Position numbers and translations under genes: made by a program. From a virus: a stretch of DNA of 64,000 bases. Location of the stretch: the IMG/VR virus record IMGVR_UViG_3300035698_019437, positions 83,269 through 147,268 of that record; one strand, 5' to 3'. Shown here piece after piece: positions 21,860 to 31,224 of the stretch; position 1 is the first letter of the stretch, and each line of letters begins with the position of its first letter. The notes beneath the pieces were generated by a model. That model saw nothing but the letters and a program-made list of their open reading frames with translations. It was not told the origin of the DNA and did no database searches.

Positions 21860-22616
21860 AATCATTACAGGTGATTCTCTTAAAGTACTTAAAACTATAC
21901 CAGATGAAGTTGTTTCTTTAACAGTTACATCTCCTCCTTATTGTTTAAAAATTAAGTATAATTCCTATGAAGATGATATGCCATATGATGAATATATAGA
22001 TTGGTTAAAATCCATATTTCAAGAGGTTTATCGTGTAACTAGAAAGGGTGGTCGAATAGCTATAAATATAGATGCTATGACCAACCGACAAGAAGATAAA
22101 GATAAAGAATACGTAAGAGCTATATATGCCCATCTTTATAACAAGATGAAAGAGATAGGATGGAAATTCCGTACGGAGATATGCTGGTACAAACAGAATG
22201 CCGTAGGACGTGCAACTGCTTGGGGTTCTTACAAATCTCCATCTAATCCCATTATACGAAGAAATCATGAATATGTGTTGGTATGGTCAAAAGAAGAGTG
22301 GAGATTGGAAGGCACAGAGAAGCCTGATATAACGGCAGAGGAATTTCAACATTGGACACTTAGTACATGGTTCGTACAACCAGAAACTAGGAATGTGGGT
22401 GGTCATCCTGCTCCATATCCTAAAGAACTTGTTAGAAGGGTTATAAAACTATTTTCCTATCCTGGCGATGTTATACTGGACCCGTTTAATGGCATAGGAA
22501 CGACTACGCATGTAGCTAAGATGAATAACAGGAAATACGTAGGAATCGACGTAGATTCTGAATATTGTAAATATACTAGAGAAAGAATGGAAAAGAGTAA
22601 GGACTTATTGGCTTGA
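21816..22616 (+). CDS. Site-specific DNA methyltransferase (N4-cytosine/N6-adenine, beta class)
   Basis: TSPPY, HPAPYP, LDPFNGIGTT; start at 21816 (GGAG RBS) or 21840. Confidence 0.92.
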   Translation: MAKTGIRIMKEYENKIITGDSLKVLKTIPDEVVSLTVTSPPYCLKIKYNSYEDDMPYDEYIDWLKSIFQEVYRVTRKGGRIAINIDAMTNRQEDKDKEYVRAIYAHLYNKMKEIGWKFRTEICWYKQNAVGRATAWGSYKSPSNPIIRRNHEYVLVWSKEEWRLEGTEKPDITAEEFQHWTLSTWFVQPETRNVGGHPAPYPKELVRRVIKLFSYPGDVILDPFNGIGTTTHVAKMNNRKYVGIDVDSEYCKYTRERMEKSKDLLA

Positions 22617-23062
22617 GTGAAGATGAGAATGAATTTGACTTAGAATTTTCAGATATGACTCTGATTGAAGCCAAAGGTAACTACGCTAAAGTAGTTGAGA
22701 TCATGGATGATGAATTTACAGGTGATGTATGGATGCTACGTACAGATGTGACCATTGCAACTGATGCTGGTTCTACTTTTATGGTATTGCATTTTTATAA
22801 TGACGGAAATGTTTATATCTTCAAATATATGCCATCATCATCTGATATATTCTTTAATACTGATATACAGTATTTATCTTGGTGGATGCAAGATAGTGGC
22901 TGGAATGTTCCAAGAGTTCATAAAGAATTGATAGATGAAAACATTTATATGTGGAAACAATATTGGGAAACAATGCTAGTAGATTCTGAATATCTAGATG
23001 GTATGTTCGGAGAAAGAATTGCAGATTATTCTGATGAAGAGGACGATGATAGTATAGAGTAA
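22613..23062 (+). CDS. Acidic hypothetical protein
   Basis: TTG start overlapping upstream TGA, AAGGA RBS. Confidence 0.6.
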   Translation: MSEDENEFDLEFSDMTLIEAKGNYAKVVEIMDDEFTGDVWMLRTDVTIATDAGSTFMVLHFYNDGNVYIFKYMPSSSDIFFNTDIQYLSWWMQDSGWNVPRVHKELIDENIYMWKQYWETMLVDSEYLDGMFGERIADYSDEEDDDSIE

Positions 23063-23079
23063 ACATAAGGAGTTACAAA

Positions 23080-23772
23080 ATGCCTATTAAACATAACGAA
23101 AAAGATGTCATTATAGATTTTGAGTATAGTGAAGAACCCGATGATACAGGTACGGTTAGAGGGATTAATAGATTTAAAATACGTTATCATTTTATAGAGA
23201 GTTTTGGAGCTACAGTTTCGTTAGCCCCTTATAATAATGAATTCAAATCCTTTGACGATAATGGACATAGCTATATATCCATGCCCGCAGAGATGATAGC
23301 AGAAATAGCCGATTTCTTAATTAGTAAGGGTATGATTGAAGGTAGGGGAATTCCTGTAAAACGTAAACCATATAACACTACCCCAATATCTGATGGGACA
23401 AAGAAAAAGACTCCACTTTCTGGTACTAATATATCTGGTAATTTAGAAATTCCTAATCCTCATAATACCGCAACGTTGTCTTCTCCTAAAGTAGAAAAGA
23501 CTTCGGAATACGAAGCTGAATTGTCTGCTCCGCTGGTTGAGACAATGGATACTGTTGAGGGAGAACCTATACAAACGTTTTCAGGTGGTGATGACATAGA
23601 ATATGAAGAAACTGTTGTGGCTCCTGATCCTGTTCCTCAATTGAGTAGTCCTAGAGTTATGCCAAAAACAAAAGAAGTTAATCCAGCAGTAGCTGAATTG
23701 TCTCAAGAGAGAGAAAAAGCTTCTGAAAGAGCATCTACCGGGGAAGAACAGAATAAGATAAACAAACGATAA
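23080..23772 (+). CDS. Hypothetical protein with disordered C-terminal half
   Basis: AAGGAG RBS; Pro/Glu/Thr-rich tail. Confidence 0.6.
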   Translation: MPIKHNEKDVIIDFEYSEEPDDTGTVRGINRFKIRYHFIESFGATVSLAPYNNEFKSFDDNGHSYISMPAEMIAEIADFLISKGMIEGRGIPVKRKPYNTTPISDGTKKKTPLSGTNISGNLEIPNPHNTATLSSPKVEKTSEYEAELSAPLVETMDTVEGEPIQTFSGGDDIEYEETVVAPDPVPQLSSPRVMPKTKEVNPAVAELSQEREKASERASTGEEQNKINKR

Positions 23773-23987
23773 TGGAATACCAATGCAAGACAATATCGAT
23801 TGAAGTATTACCAATAGGTCATCAAGGCACTATATGCCCTTTATGTGACATATGTTCGTCTATGGACTGTTCTAATCCAATTCAGAAGTCTAAGGTTAGC
23901 GTTCAAGGCATCACAGAAGAACACAGAACGTATATGAGGGGCAAAGAGCCATATTACGTTATAGCATGTCAGGGATTTATAAAATGA
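23772..23987 (+). CDS. Small Cys-rich hypothetical protein
   Basis: CPLCDICSSMDC...C; coupled at both ends. Confidence 0.6.
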   Translation: MEYQCKTISIEVLPIGHQGTICPLCDICSSMDCSNPIQKSKVSVQGITEEHRTYMRGKEPYYVIACQGFIK

Positions 23988-24781
23988 GAAGATTTTCGCT
24001 TTCTGATGTTATGAGGTTTAAGGAAGCAAAGAGAAATGCTTTCCAAAAACAAATCGCGCTGTCCGAAGGACATATAGAGAAGATCAAAAATCATAAGAGT
24101 ACAAAGATTGTAAAATGGTCTGACTCTCCTAAAGCATTTGCTTATGTGGATGCTTTATTCCCAGAAGCAGAGGTTGATAAGGTCTGTGTATACTCTCCCG
24201 ATAGCTCATTGACCAGTAGGCTTGGTTACAAGGGTATTGGAGGGTTCTTTAGTAGAGTCGATAGATGTATTGTTATACCTAAAGAAAACAAAAGAAAAAT
24301 CAAGAAGAATAACATTGATATTTGGGAGCAAGTTAGCGCAAAGGTTTCTTTCGATGAAGTTCTTGTACATGAGTTGTTGCATTATGCATCTAATTGCCAG
24401 AAAAAGGGTTTCAGTAGTGTAGAGATGGAAGAAGAATTTGCATATGGGAATTCCATAGAATATCTACGTAAAAAGAAATATACCGATGAAGATATCATTA
24501 ATAACAACTTCATGCCATTTTTGATTGCTACATTGGACATGAAAAAAATCGTTCAAGGGGTTTTAGCATTTCACGGGTATACGGTATGGGACATGAAGAA
24601 TTGGTCTGAGGATAAACAGAAACGAATAATAAAAAAGCATGAAGAAGATATATTTAAGTCAGCTACTACAAAAGCATTTAAAAAAGGTGAAGAACTTATA
24701 GGAATATATGCTAGATATCCAGAAGATATAGAAGTAAAGATTGACGATGGATCAGCTAGGTTCAACTTACTGGATTTATAA
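23984..24781 (+). CDS. Putative zincin metallopeptidase
   Basis: EVLVHELLHY followed by EEEFA; ATGA overlap gives start at 23984. Confidence 0.7.
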   Translation: MRRFSLSDVMRFKEAKRNAFQKQIALSEGHIEKIKNHKSTKIVKWSDSPKAFAYVDALFPEAEVDKVCVYSPDSSLTSRLGYKGIGGFFSRVDRCIVIPKENKRKIKKNNIDIWEQVSAKVSFDEVLVHELLHYASNCQKKGFSSVEMEEEFAYGNSIEYLRKKKYTDEDIINNNFMPFLIATLDMKKIVQGVLAFHGYTVWDMKNWSEDKQKRIIKKHEEDIFKSATTKAFKKGEELIGIYARYPEDIEVKIDDGSARFNLLDL

Positions 24782-25266
24782 TGCTTAAAGTGAATTGGAA
24801 TCAAATTGATGGATCATATATCTATCTCGATAGTGATGGATATCTGACATTCAGACCACAGGATGCTAATGGTATACCTAATAAAGGTATCGGTCTTGTA
24901 AGCCAAAAAGGGATGTCTGGTATTTCTAAGCTAGGCTCGTATGGAGTAAATATTGATTTAAGTATAGAAGTATTTGATTCTTCTATGAACCCTATGGTTA
25001 GTGTTGATCAAGATGCGGCGTATAATGCTTTGAAAGTTATACAGGGAAAAAATCCAAATTCAAATTCCATAGAGGGTATAAGTATGGGTGACATAGAGGA
25101 ATCCCAGTTATTAGAAGTAAAGATGCCAAGTAATCCTCCAACAGTTGTTGATGGAAAGCTCGTTCTTGATGCAAATAAAAAAAATGGCAATATAGCGAGT
25201 AAAAAAGATTCTAAAGGCTATGAAAAATCTTATAAGTTTATTGATATAGAAGATTCAGATACATAA
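24781..25266 (+). CDS. Hypothetical protein
   Basis: TAATG-coupled ORF. Confidence 0.6.
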   Translation: MLKVNWNQIDGSYIYLDSDGYLTFRPQDANGIPNKGIGLVSQKGMSGISKLGSYGVNIDLSIEVFDSSMNPMVSVDQDAAYNALKVIQGKNPNSNSIEGISMGDIEESQLLEVKMPSNPPTVVDGKLVLDANKKNGNIASKKDSKGYEKSYKFIDIEDSDT

Positions 25267-25541
25267 TGCCAACATATTCATATAGACATCCAGAAAGTGG
25301 TGAAATCTTAGAAGATTTTAGAACCATAAGCAAAAGAGAAGAACCATTTATAGCTCCCGATGGAGCGGAATGTGAATTCGTTCCATTCTGTCATGGGAAA
25401 GCTCCTGAGATAGGCATTGGTAAAAAAGAAGGATGGGAACTTGATGAGAAGTTCTATCGAAAGACTAATCCAAAATTTGTAAAATATCGCGATGGCCGAA
25501 GAGAACGATATGATCCTAATAAGCATCGTAAACAATATTAA
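25266..25541 (+). CDS. FmdB-like (degenerate zinc ribbon) small protein
   Basis: MPTYSY..PESGE..E start typical of FmdB family, but most Cys absent. Confidence 0.55.
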   Translation: MPTYSYRHPESGEILEDFRTISKREEPFIAPDGAECEFVPFCHGKAPEIGIGKKEGWELDEKFYRKTNPKFVKYRDGRRERYDPNKHRKQY

Positions 25542-25900
25542 TGAGATATATACGTCAACAACAATTTATTACAACTGTCACCGATCAAGAAATTAAAAAA
25601 CACGATGACATAAATAATCTTCTAACTGCTATAAGAAACGGAAGTGCAGATATCCATTTAGTCTATGAAGATGCAAGAACGTCTTCTATCATATCCCATA
25701 AAAAAACTCGTATTAAAAAAGTGGAAGACGGTAAAATAGACATTACATCTTTCGGTAAAAGCGGTAGCATCTCTGTCAAAAATATTACTTTTGATAATAT
25801 CATATCGATTAGAATAGTGACAGATACTGAGAATATAATGGTAGATGAAAAGAAGATTACAAGAGCAGATTTACTTGATATAGAAATAGAATCGGAGTAA
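25541..25900 (+). CDS. Hypothetical protein
   Basis: TAATG-coupled, beta-rich. Confidence 0.6.
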   Translation: MRYIRQQQFITTVTDQEIKKHDDINNLLTAIRNGSADIHLVYEDARTSSIISHKKTRIKKVEDGKIDITSFGKSGSISVKNITFDNIISIRIVTDTENIMVDEKKITRADLLDIEIESE

Positions 25901-25905
25901 TCAAT

Positions 25906-27219
25906 TTGCAATTCTCTAACTCAAACTTTGTTCATTGTCATGTACACTCAGAGTATAGTCAGTTCGATGGAATATGTTCTATCAATAAATTGGTTATGAA
26001 GGCTAGAGAGATGGGTTTTCCTGCTTTAGCTTTGACTGATCATGGTTCGGTAGGTGGATGGATTAAGTTTTTGAATGAGTGTAATGCAACGAAAACCAAA
26101 AAAGGAGAATCTATTCCTTTTCCAAAAATTAAGCCTATTCTTGGAAGTGAACTATATGTTTCTAAGGATATGTATGCTCAGAGTAAAAATGAGCAGCCAG
26201 AAGGCAGGAAGGGAAACCGTCACTTAGTACTGCTTGCTAAAAATTGGGAGGGTTACAAGAATCTAGCTAGATTGTCCAATGCGTCTTGGACAAAGGGGGT
26301 ATATTATAATCCTCGTGTAGATTTCGACTTATTGTCGAAACATTCTGAAGGTATTATAGCTAGTTCTGCATGTCTTTCAAGCGTTATAAATGCAAATTTG
26401 TTACATGATAGATATGATCAAGCTAAGGCTGCTTCATCTTTATTTAAAGATATTTATGGTGAAGACTTCTTCTTAGAAGTTATGTATCACGGTATTGATG
26501 CTCAACGAGTAATTATAGCTGATATATTTAAGCTAAGTAAAGAACTGGATATTCCTGTAATAGCTACAAATGATGTTCATTATCTTAGCAAGGCTCAATC
26601 CAAATCTCATGAAATTTGGATGTGTATGAAAAGCGGTGATAATGTTAAATGTATTCATGATACAAAAAGAATCAAGTTCCCGTTCCCAGAAATGTATTTG
26701 AAAAGTGCAGAAGAGATGTCAGTTGTATTTGGGGATTCTCCTCAGATTCTTTTCAACACTCTATCTATAGCGGAAAGAGTAGATGATGCTGATATAAATA
26801 AAAACCTCTTTGGTGGTATGAGACTTCCTGTATTTCACGTGCCAGAAGAATTTGAAACTTCTTACGACTATCTAAAGAAGTTATCATTAGATGGTTTAAA
26901 GAAACTTGGTTGGGATAAAAGCCCACAGCACGTAGAAGCGTTTGAAGTTGAGATGGAAGATATAAGGATAGCTAAAGAGAATAACGATTATGATTTTGCT
27001 ACATATTTTCTTATCGTAAGAGATTATATCAAAAATGCGAAATCAAAGGGGATTCTTTGTGGACCCGGTAGAGGTTCAGGTTATGGAAGTGTTGTTCTAA
27101 GATGTATAGGAGTTACATATGGACCAGACCCATTAAAGTATGGATTGCTTTGGGAAAGATTCTTGGGTTTTGATAACAAAAGATTTGTTATGGAAAAAGA
27201 CTTTGGTTTTGAGGAATAA
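25906..27219 (+). CDS. dnaE: DNA polymerase III alpha subunit, N-terminal part (PHP domain and first part of palm)
   Basis: FVHCHVHSEYSQFDG, ALTDHG, KPILGSE, HLVLLAKN, SACL, TNDVHY, YFLIVRDY, GPGRGSG, LLWERFL then stop. Confidence 0.93.
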   Translation: MQFSNSNFVHCHVHSEYSQFDGICSINKLVMKAREMGFPALALTDHGSVGGWIKFLNECNATKTKKGESIPFPKIKPILGSELYVSKDMYAQSKNEQPEGRKGNRHLVLLAKNWEGYKNLARLSNASWTKGVYYNPRVDFDLLSKHSEGIIASSACLSSVINANLLHDRYDQAKAASSLFKDIYGEDFFLEVMYHGIDAQRVIIADIFKLSKELDIPVIATNDVHYLSKAQSKSHEIWMCMKSGDNVKCIHDTKRIKFPFPEMYLKSAEEMSVVFGDSPQILFNTLSIAERVDDADINKNLFGGMRLPVFHVPEEFETSYDYLKKLSLDGLKKLGWDKSPQHVEAFEVEMEDIRIAKENNDYDFATYFLIVRDYIKNAKSKGILCGPGRGSGYGSVVLRCIGVTYGPDPLKYGLLWERFLGFDNKRFVMEKDFGFEE

Positions 27220-27220
27220 T

Positions 27221-27388
27221 ATGCTTCATAATGAAATGGCAGATATGTTTGTTATAAAATATAAAGAAGAATTGTCAGAGTTAGTTAAGGATGTGCCTCG
27301 ATTAAGGTGGACAATAGTTCAGGAATTCAAAGTAAATTTTCCTACTGCCATGTCGGTGGTGAAACATATAATGGAGAATAACAGATGA
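27221..27388 (+). CDS. Small hypothetical protein (55 aa) between dnaE halves
   Basis: GAGGA RBS then ATG at 27221; ATGA overlap with next gene. Confidence 0.55.
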   Translation: MLHNEMADMFVIKYKEELSELVKDVPRLRWTIVQEFKVNFPTAMSVVKHIMENNR

Positions 27389-27906
27389 TGATAGATGATT
27401 TTATGAGTGATCTAGACTTTTTAAGAATTGCGTATCGCGTAGCAGAACAACATTCAACTGATCCAAGCACCCAGAACGGTGCCATTCTTGTGAAGAAGTG
27501 TTTTGATCCTAATTCCATACAAGTATGGGGCATGGGCGCTAACCATTTTCCAGAAGGTGTGAAAGATATTCCCGAGAGATGGGAAAGACCACAGAAGTAT
27601 GGATATGTAGAACACGCTGGAAGAAACGCTATATACGATGCCGCTAGAAAAGGTTTTGGTACAGAAGATTTAGTAATGTACTGTCCTTGGTTTGCATGTT
27701 CTGATTGTGCTAGAGCTATCATACAAGCAGGTATTTCAGAAGTTATAGGTCATCAGGATCAACTGGATCGAACTCCTGAGCGATGGATGGAAACGATTGA
27801 TGTCGCCCTTAATATGCTTAAGGAAGCCGGTGTTGACTATAGATTTGTCCCTGGCAAAGTTGGTGGAGTAAAGATTACATTTAATGGAGAAATTATTGAG
27901 CCGTAA
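27385..27906 (+). CDS. dCMP deaminase family protein; catalytic Glu replaced by Gly
   Basis: S.DPSTQNGA, GANHFP.G, RPQKYGYVEHAGRNAI, CPWFACSDCARAIIQAGI. Confidence 0.88.
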   Translation: MMIDDFMSDLDFLRIAYRVAEQHSTDPSTQNGAILVKKCFDPNSIQVWGMGANHFPEGVKDIPERWERPQKYGYVEHAGRNAIYDAARKGFGTEDLVMYCPWFACSDCARAIIQAGISEVIGHQDQLDRTPERWMETIDVALNMLKEAGVDYRFVPGKVGGVKITFNGEIIEP

Positions 27907-29867
27907 TGTCTGATATTAGAAACGAAATTCTGAAGCATATAGGTGATGTTGATTCTAAGTCGTGTGATAAGGTTAATATTGAACTTGATATCATGGAAAT
28001 CACTGATGCTTTAGAAGGTGGAAGCTCTCTAGAAGTTTTCTATGATATATGGCAAAAGAATCGTCATAGAACAGGAAAAACCAACAACGTAAATAGTTGG
28101 ACTGCTTATCTATTAGGCATTACGTCTATGAAACCTGATGGCGATTTTATGCCTGAACGTAGAGCATTTGCAAGAGCAGGATTTCCTGATATTGATTCTG
28201 ATTTTGACTATTTCAGAAGAGATGAAGTCTATGATTATATTATAGATAAGTTTGGTCGAGATAATGTAGCTAACATAGGAACGTATCAGGCTTTAAAGTT
28301 GAAATCTGCTGTTCGTCGTATAGGTAAGGTTATTGATATTGCAGGAGCTTATCATAAGGGTAAAGATAAATATACAACTGAAAATGAGAAAAAAGTTTCA
28401 GAGATTATCAATTCTTTGCCTTTCCAAGTTGGTGCAAAACTAAAAATAAAAGACGATAGCGGTGAAACGCAAGAAATAAAATCAATTGAAGATGCATACA
28501 AGTACTGTAAAGATTTTAGATATTACATGGACAAGTATCCTGATATTCGAAATCATGCTAAGAACATTGAAGGTCTTCTTTCTATATTTGGGAAGCATGC
28601 CGCAGGTATTGTTGTTTCTGATGTTCCTTTAGACGAAATTGCTCCTGTTAGAACGGCAAGAGGCAATAGTCTTGCAACACAGTTCGTGTTGGATGAGCTA
28701 GATCAGATCGGACTTATTAAGTTTGATATTCTTGCTTTAAGTGCGCTTACTGTAATAGATAGAGCGGTCAGTATGGTTAAAGAAAACTATGGTATAGATA
28801 TAGACATAGAAAATTTGCCATTAGATGACTCTAAGACCTTGGCTCTTTACAGGACTGGGAAACTTGCTGGGGTATTTCAAGCTGAAACAAGTGCAATGCA
28901 AAAAACTATGATGGATATCAGTATAAATAGATTTGAAGACATCATAGCTTCAATTGCGTTGTTTAGACCTGGCCCAATGGATAGTATTCCAGAATATTGT
29001 GCCAGAAAAAGAGGAGAGAGAAGTGTAGAATATTTTCATCCGTCTATTGAGCCACATGTTAAGAAGTACTTAGAAGGTACATATGGAGTTTTGGTTTATC
29101 AAGAGACGGTTATGCAAATATGTAATGCCCTTGCAGGTTTTTCTATATCCGATGGTTATGTTGTCATTAAGGGTATTGGAAAGAAGAAAGAACATATTAT
29201 TAAGAAGTTTAGGGGTCAGTTTATAGAAGGTTGCGTGAAGAATGATGTCCCTAGAGATGTAGCAGAAAAATATTGGGACAAGTTCATTACTCCGTTTGCA
29301 TCTTATGGATTCAACTTAGCTCATAGTTGTTGCTATGCATACTTGAGTTATATAACCGCTTATCTCAAAGCAAATTATCCTGACGAATTCATGTGTTCTT
29401 TCTTGAACGTAGAAAATGAAAGAAAGAATCACGATAAGGTCGCGGTACTTATGAAAGATTTGAAAAATTTCAATATAGAGCTAGGCCCAAAAAGAATTAA
29501 CTCATGTAGCGTAGATTTTTGTATTGTGAAAAAGAGGGATGTATCATCTGGTATAGAGAAAACCGTTATATCCCCAAGTATTGCATGTAAGGGTGTAGGG
29601 TCAAATAGTGCAGAAGAAATAGCTAAGAATGGTCCTTATGGAGGTCTTAGAGACTTAGCTACTAAAACCAGTTCTAATATAGTAGATCAAGAAGTAATCA
29701 GCAACTTATTCGACGCAGGGTTTTTTGAATCTTATCTTAAAGATTATAAAAAGAAGAATAAGAAGGCAATGACCAAAGAATTATTGGTTAGTCGATTTGC
29801 TTCTATAAGAGAAGATATGAAGAAAGCCGCCCAGAAGGGCGTAATATCAAAAGACCTATTTGGTTAA
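27906..29867 (+). CDS. dnaE: DNA polymerase III alpha subunit, C-terminal part (catalytic palm, thumb, fingers, HhH; no OB fold)
   Basis: RAGFPDIDSDF, HAAGIVVS, GLIKFDILAL, GVFQAE, ALFRPGP, TYGVLVYQE, YGFNLAHS, YLKANYP, KGVG, ends SKDLFG. Confidence 0.93.
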   Translation: MSDIRNEILKHIGDVDSKSCDKVNIELDIMEITDALEGGSSLEVFYDIWQKNRHRTGKTNNVNSWTAYLLGITSMKPDGDFMPERRAFARAGFPDIDSDFDYFRRDEVYDYIIDKFGRDNVANIGTYQALKLKSAVRRIGKVIDIAGAYHKGKDKYTTENEKKVSEIINSLPFQVGAKLKIKDDSGETQEIKSIEDAYKYCKDFRYYMDKYPDIRNHAKNIEGLLSIFGKHAAGIVVSDVPLDEIAPVRTARGNSLATQFVLDELDQIGLIKFDILALSALTVIDRAVSMVKENYGIDIDIENLPLDDSKTLALYRTGKLAGVFQAETSAMQKTMMDISINRFEDIIASIALFRPGPMDSIPEYCARKRGERSVEYFHPSIEPHVKKYLEGTYGVLVYQETVMQICNALAGFSISDGYVVIKGIGKKKEHIIKKFRGQFIEGCVKNDVPRDVAEKYWDKFITPFASYGFNLAHSCCYAYLSYITAYLKANYPDEFMCSFLNVENERKNHDKVAVLMKDLKNFNIELGPKRINSCSVDFCIVKKRDVSSGIEKTVISPSIACKGVGSNSAEEIAKNGPYGGLRDLATKTSSNIVDQEVISNLFDAGFFESYLKDYKKKNKKAMTKELLVSRFASIREDMKKAAQKGVISKDLFG

Positions 29868-29880
29868 TTGGAGAAATTAG

Positions 29881-30186
29881 ATGTCAGAACAAACACGCAA
29901 ATCTATTATTCATAAGACAATCACTAGAAAACTTAGTACCGCAAAATTTGAGAGTCTAGACTTAACTGTTGAATTTGAAGAAGAGGTAGAGTGGAATTCT
30001 ATTAAAGAAAGACAAGAAAAGTCCGATAAGATTACAAAGCTTCTTTTGGTTGATTACACGAAAACAAGAAATGCTGTTTTGGATGTTCTTGGTTTGACAG
30101 AAAAGAAAGCGTCTGTAAGCAGCACAGTTACAACTAAAAGCAAAGAATATAATGTTCAAGAACTCGGCTTGGACGATTTGAAATAG
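29881..30186 (+). CDS. Hypothetical protein
   Basis: GGAG RBS; RKLSTAKFESLDL segment. Confidence 0.6.
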   Translation: MSEQTRKSIIHKTITRKLSTAKFESLDLTVEFEEEVEWNSIKERQEKSDKITKLLLVDYTKTRNAVLDVLGLTEKKASVSSTVTTKSKEYNVQELGLDDLK

Positions 30187-30194
30187 GAGTAAGT

Positions 30195-31181
30195 ATGAAA
30201 GATTTAGATGATATTTTTGATATACCTACAGAGAAAAAAGAACAGCAAGAAGATGATCCGAATACGAAGTTCGGAGACAAAGTTGCAGACGTTGTAGGAG
30301 ATTTGTCTAAAGACTCTGTAGCTTTGGAAGTTACGCATGTTATGGCAGCAGATGATGCGCCTCCCGGCGTAGCTGAAGATTTAGAGAAGATAGTTGAAGC
30401 TAAATCAGAACCCGAGTCTCTTCCAGAAGAGGTTGTACCCGCACAAGGTGGTGAAGAAGTAGGGAAATATTACGACGAACCCGGTGCCATACCAGGTGGT
30501 CCATGGATACTTAAAAGTCCAAATTCTATGTATGATAATTTCTATGAAGAGAAGAAGGAATTATTAACACAGATACTTGTTGATGGAGCTATACCATTTC
30601 CTAAATACAGGAACGAGCTTAAAACAAGTAGCGTAGATATATCTGTAGTTACCTTTGATAAAGATGAGATATACCAGAAGATGTCTGCTGTTCAAGGTTT
30701 GAAAGAAAGAGTTAAGCAAATTCAAATTCATTGCAATAGCCAATTTTTTCTTTGGGAACGTTCTTTACAGCTTATGCACGGTGTTCTAGCTCGTATAGAT
30801 TACGAAAAACCAGTTGTTAAGAATGAAGGCGTTGTATATGAACATATGAATGATATGGAAAGATACTTTGGTAATCTTAAAGGGTTGACCAAATCTGCTG
30901 ATGCTGTTATGAAGACGCTAGAAGGTGCGTTTGATTGTCTTTCCAGGAGAGTAACTATAGCTATGCCGATGCGAGGTATAGAAAGAAAAGAACCTCAACC
31001 TCAACTGCAACCGCAACTGCAACCTCAACCGCAACTGCAACCTCAACCGCAACCCAAGTCGGAAGAAATGTCTTATTTCGATAAATTAGATTCATCTGCG
31101 TCTAAGCAAATTATTGAAAGTCATAAAGTTTCTGAGAAAAAAGTCAAGGGTACACAAAGTGTGAGTTGGGGAAACATATAA
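30195..31181 (+). CDS. Hypothetical coiled-coil protein with PQ repeat, upstream of SSB/RecA
   Basis: AGGAG RBS; acidic N-terminus, long helical core, PQPQLQ repeat. Confidence 0.6.
   Translation: MKDLDDIFDIPTEKKEQQEDDPNTKFGDKVADVVGDLSKDSVALEVTHVMAADDAPPGVAEDLEKIVEAKSEPESLPEEVVPAQGGEEVGKYYDEPGAIPGGPWILKSPNSMYDNFYEEKKELLTQILVDGAIPFPKYRNELKTSSVDISVVTFDKDEIYQKMSAVQGLKERVKQIQIHCNSQFFLWERSLQLMHGVLARIDYEKPVVKNEGVVYEHMNDMERYFGNLKGLTKSADAVMKTLEGAFDCLSRRVTIAMPMRGIERKEPQPQLQPQLQPQPQLQPQPQPKSEEMSYFDKLDSSASKQIIESHKVSEKKVKGTQSVSWGNI
30993..31055 (+). repeat. Coding tandem repeat of CCTCAA/CCGCAA/CTGCAA hexamers (PQPQLQPQLQPQPQLQPQPQP)
   Basis: Directly visible in sequence. Confidence 0.85.
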
Positions 31182-31224
31182 TAGTAATGTTGTCAAATAA
31201 TGTTCTACTTTAGAGGAGATCGCA

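Noticed and set aside
13165-22616. Restriction-modification systems around the two methyltransferases
   Set aside because: No recognisable cognate restriction endonuclease adjacent; orphan methyltransferases are routine anti-restriction genes in large phages.
27160-28180. Split intein or group I/II intron explaining the dnaE break
   Set aside because: No Cys/Ser-initiated block A at the end of dnaE-N and no HN-C/S/T block in dnaE-C. The gap is filled by two coupled ORFs, leaving no room for a structured intron core.
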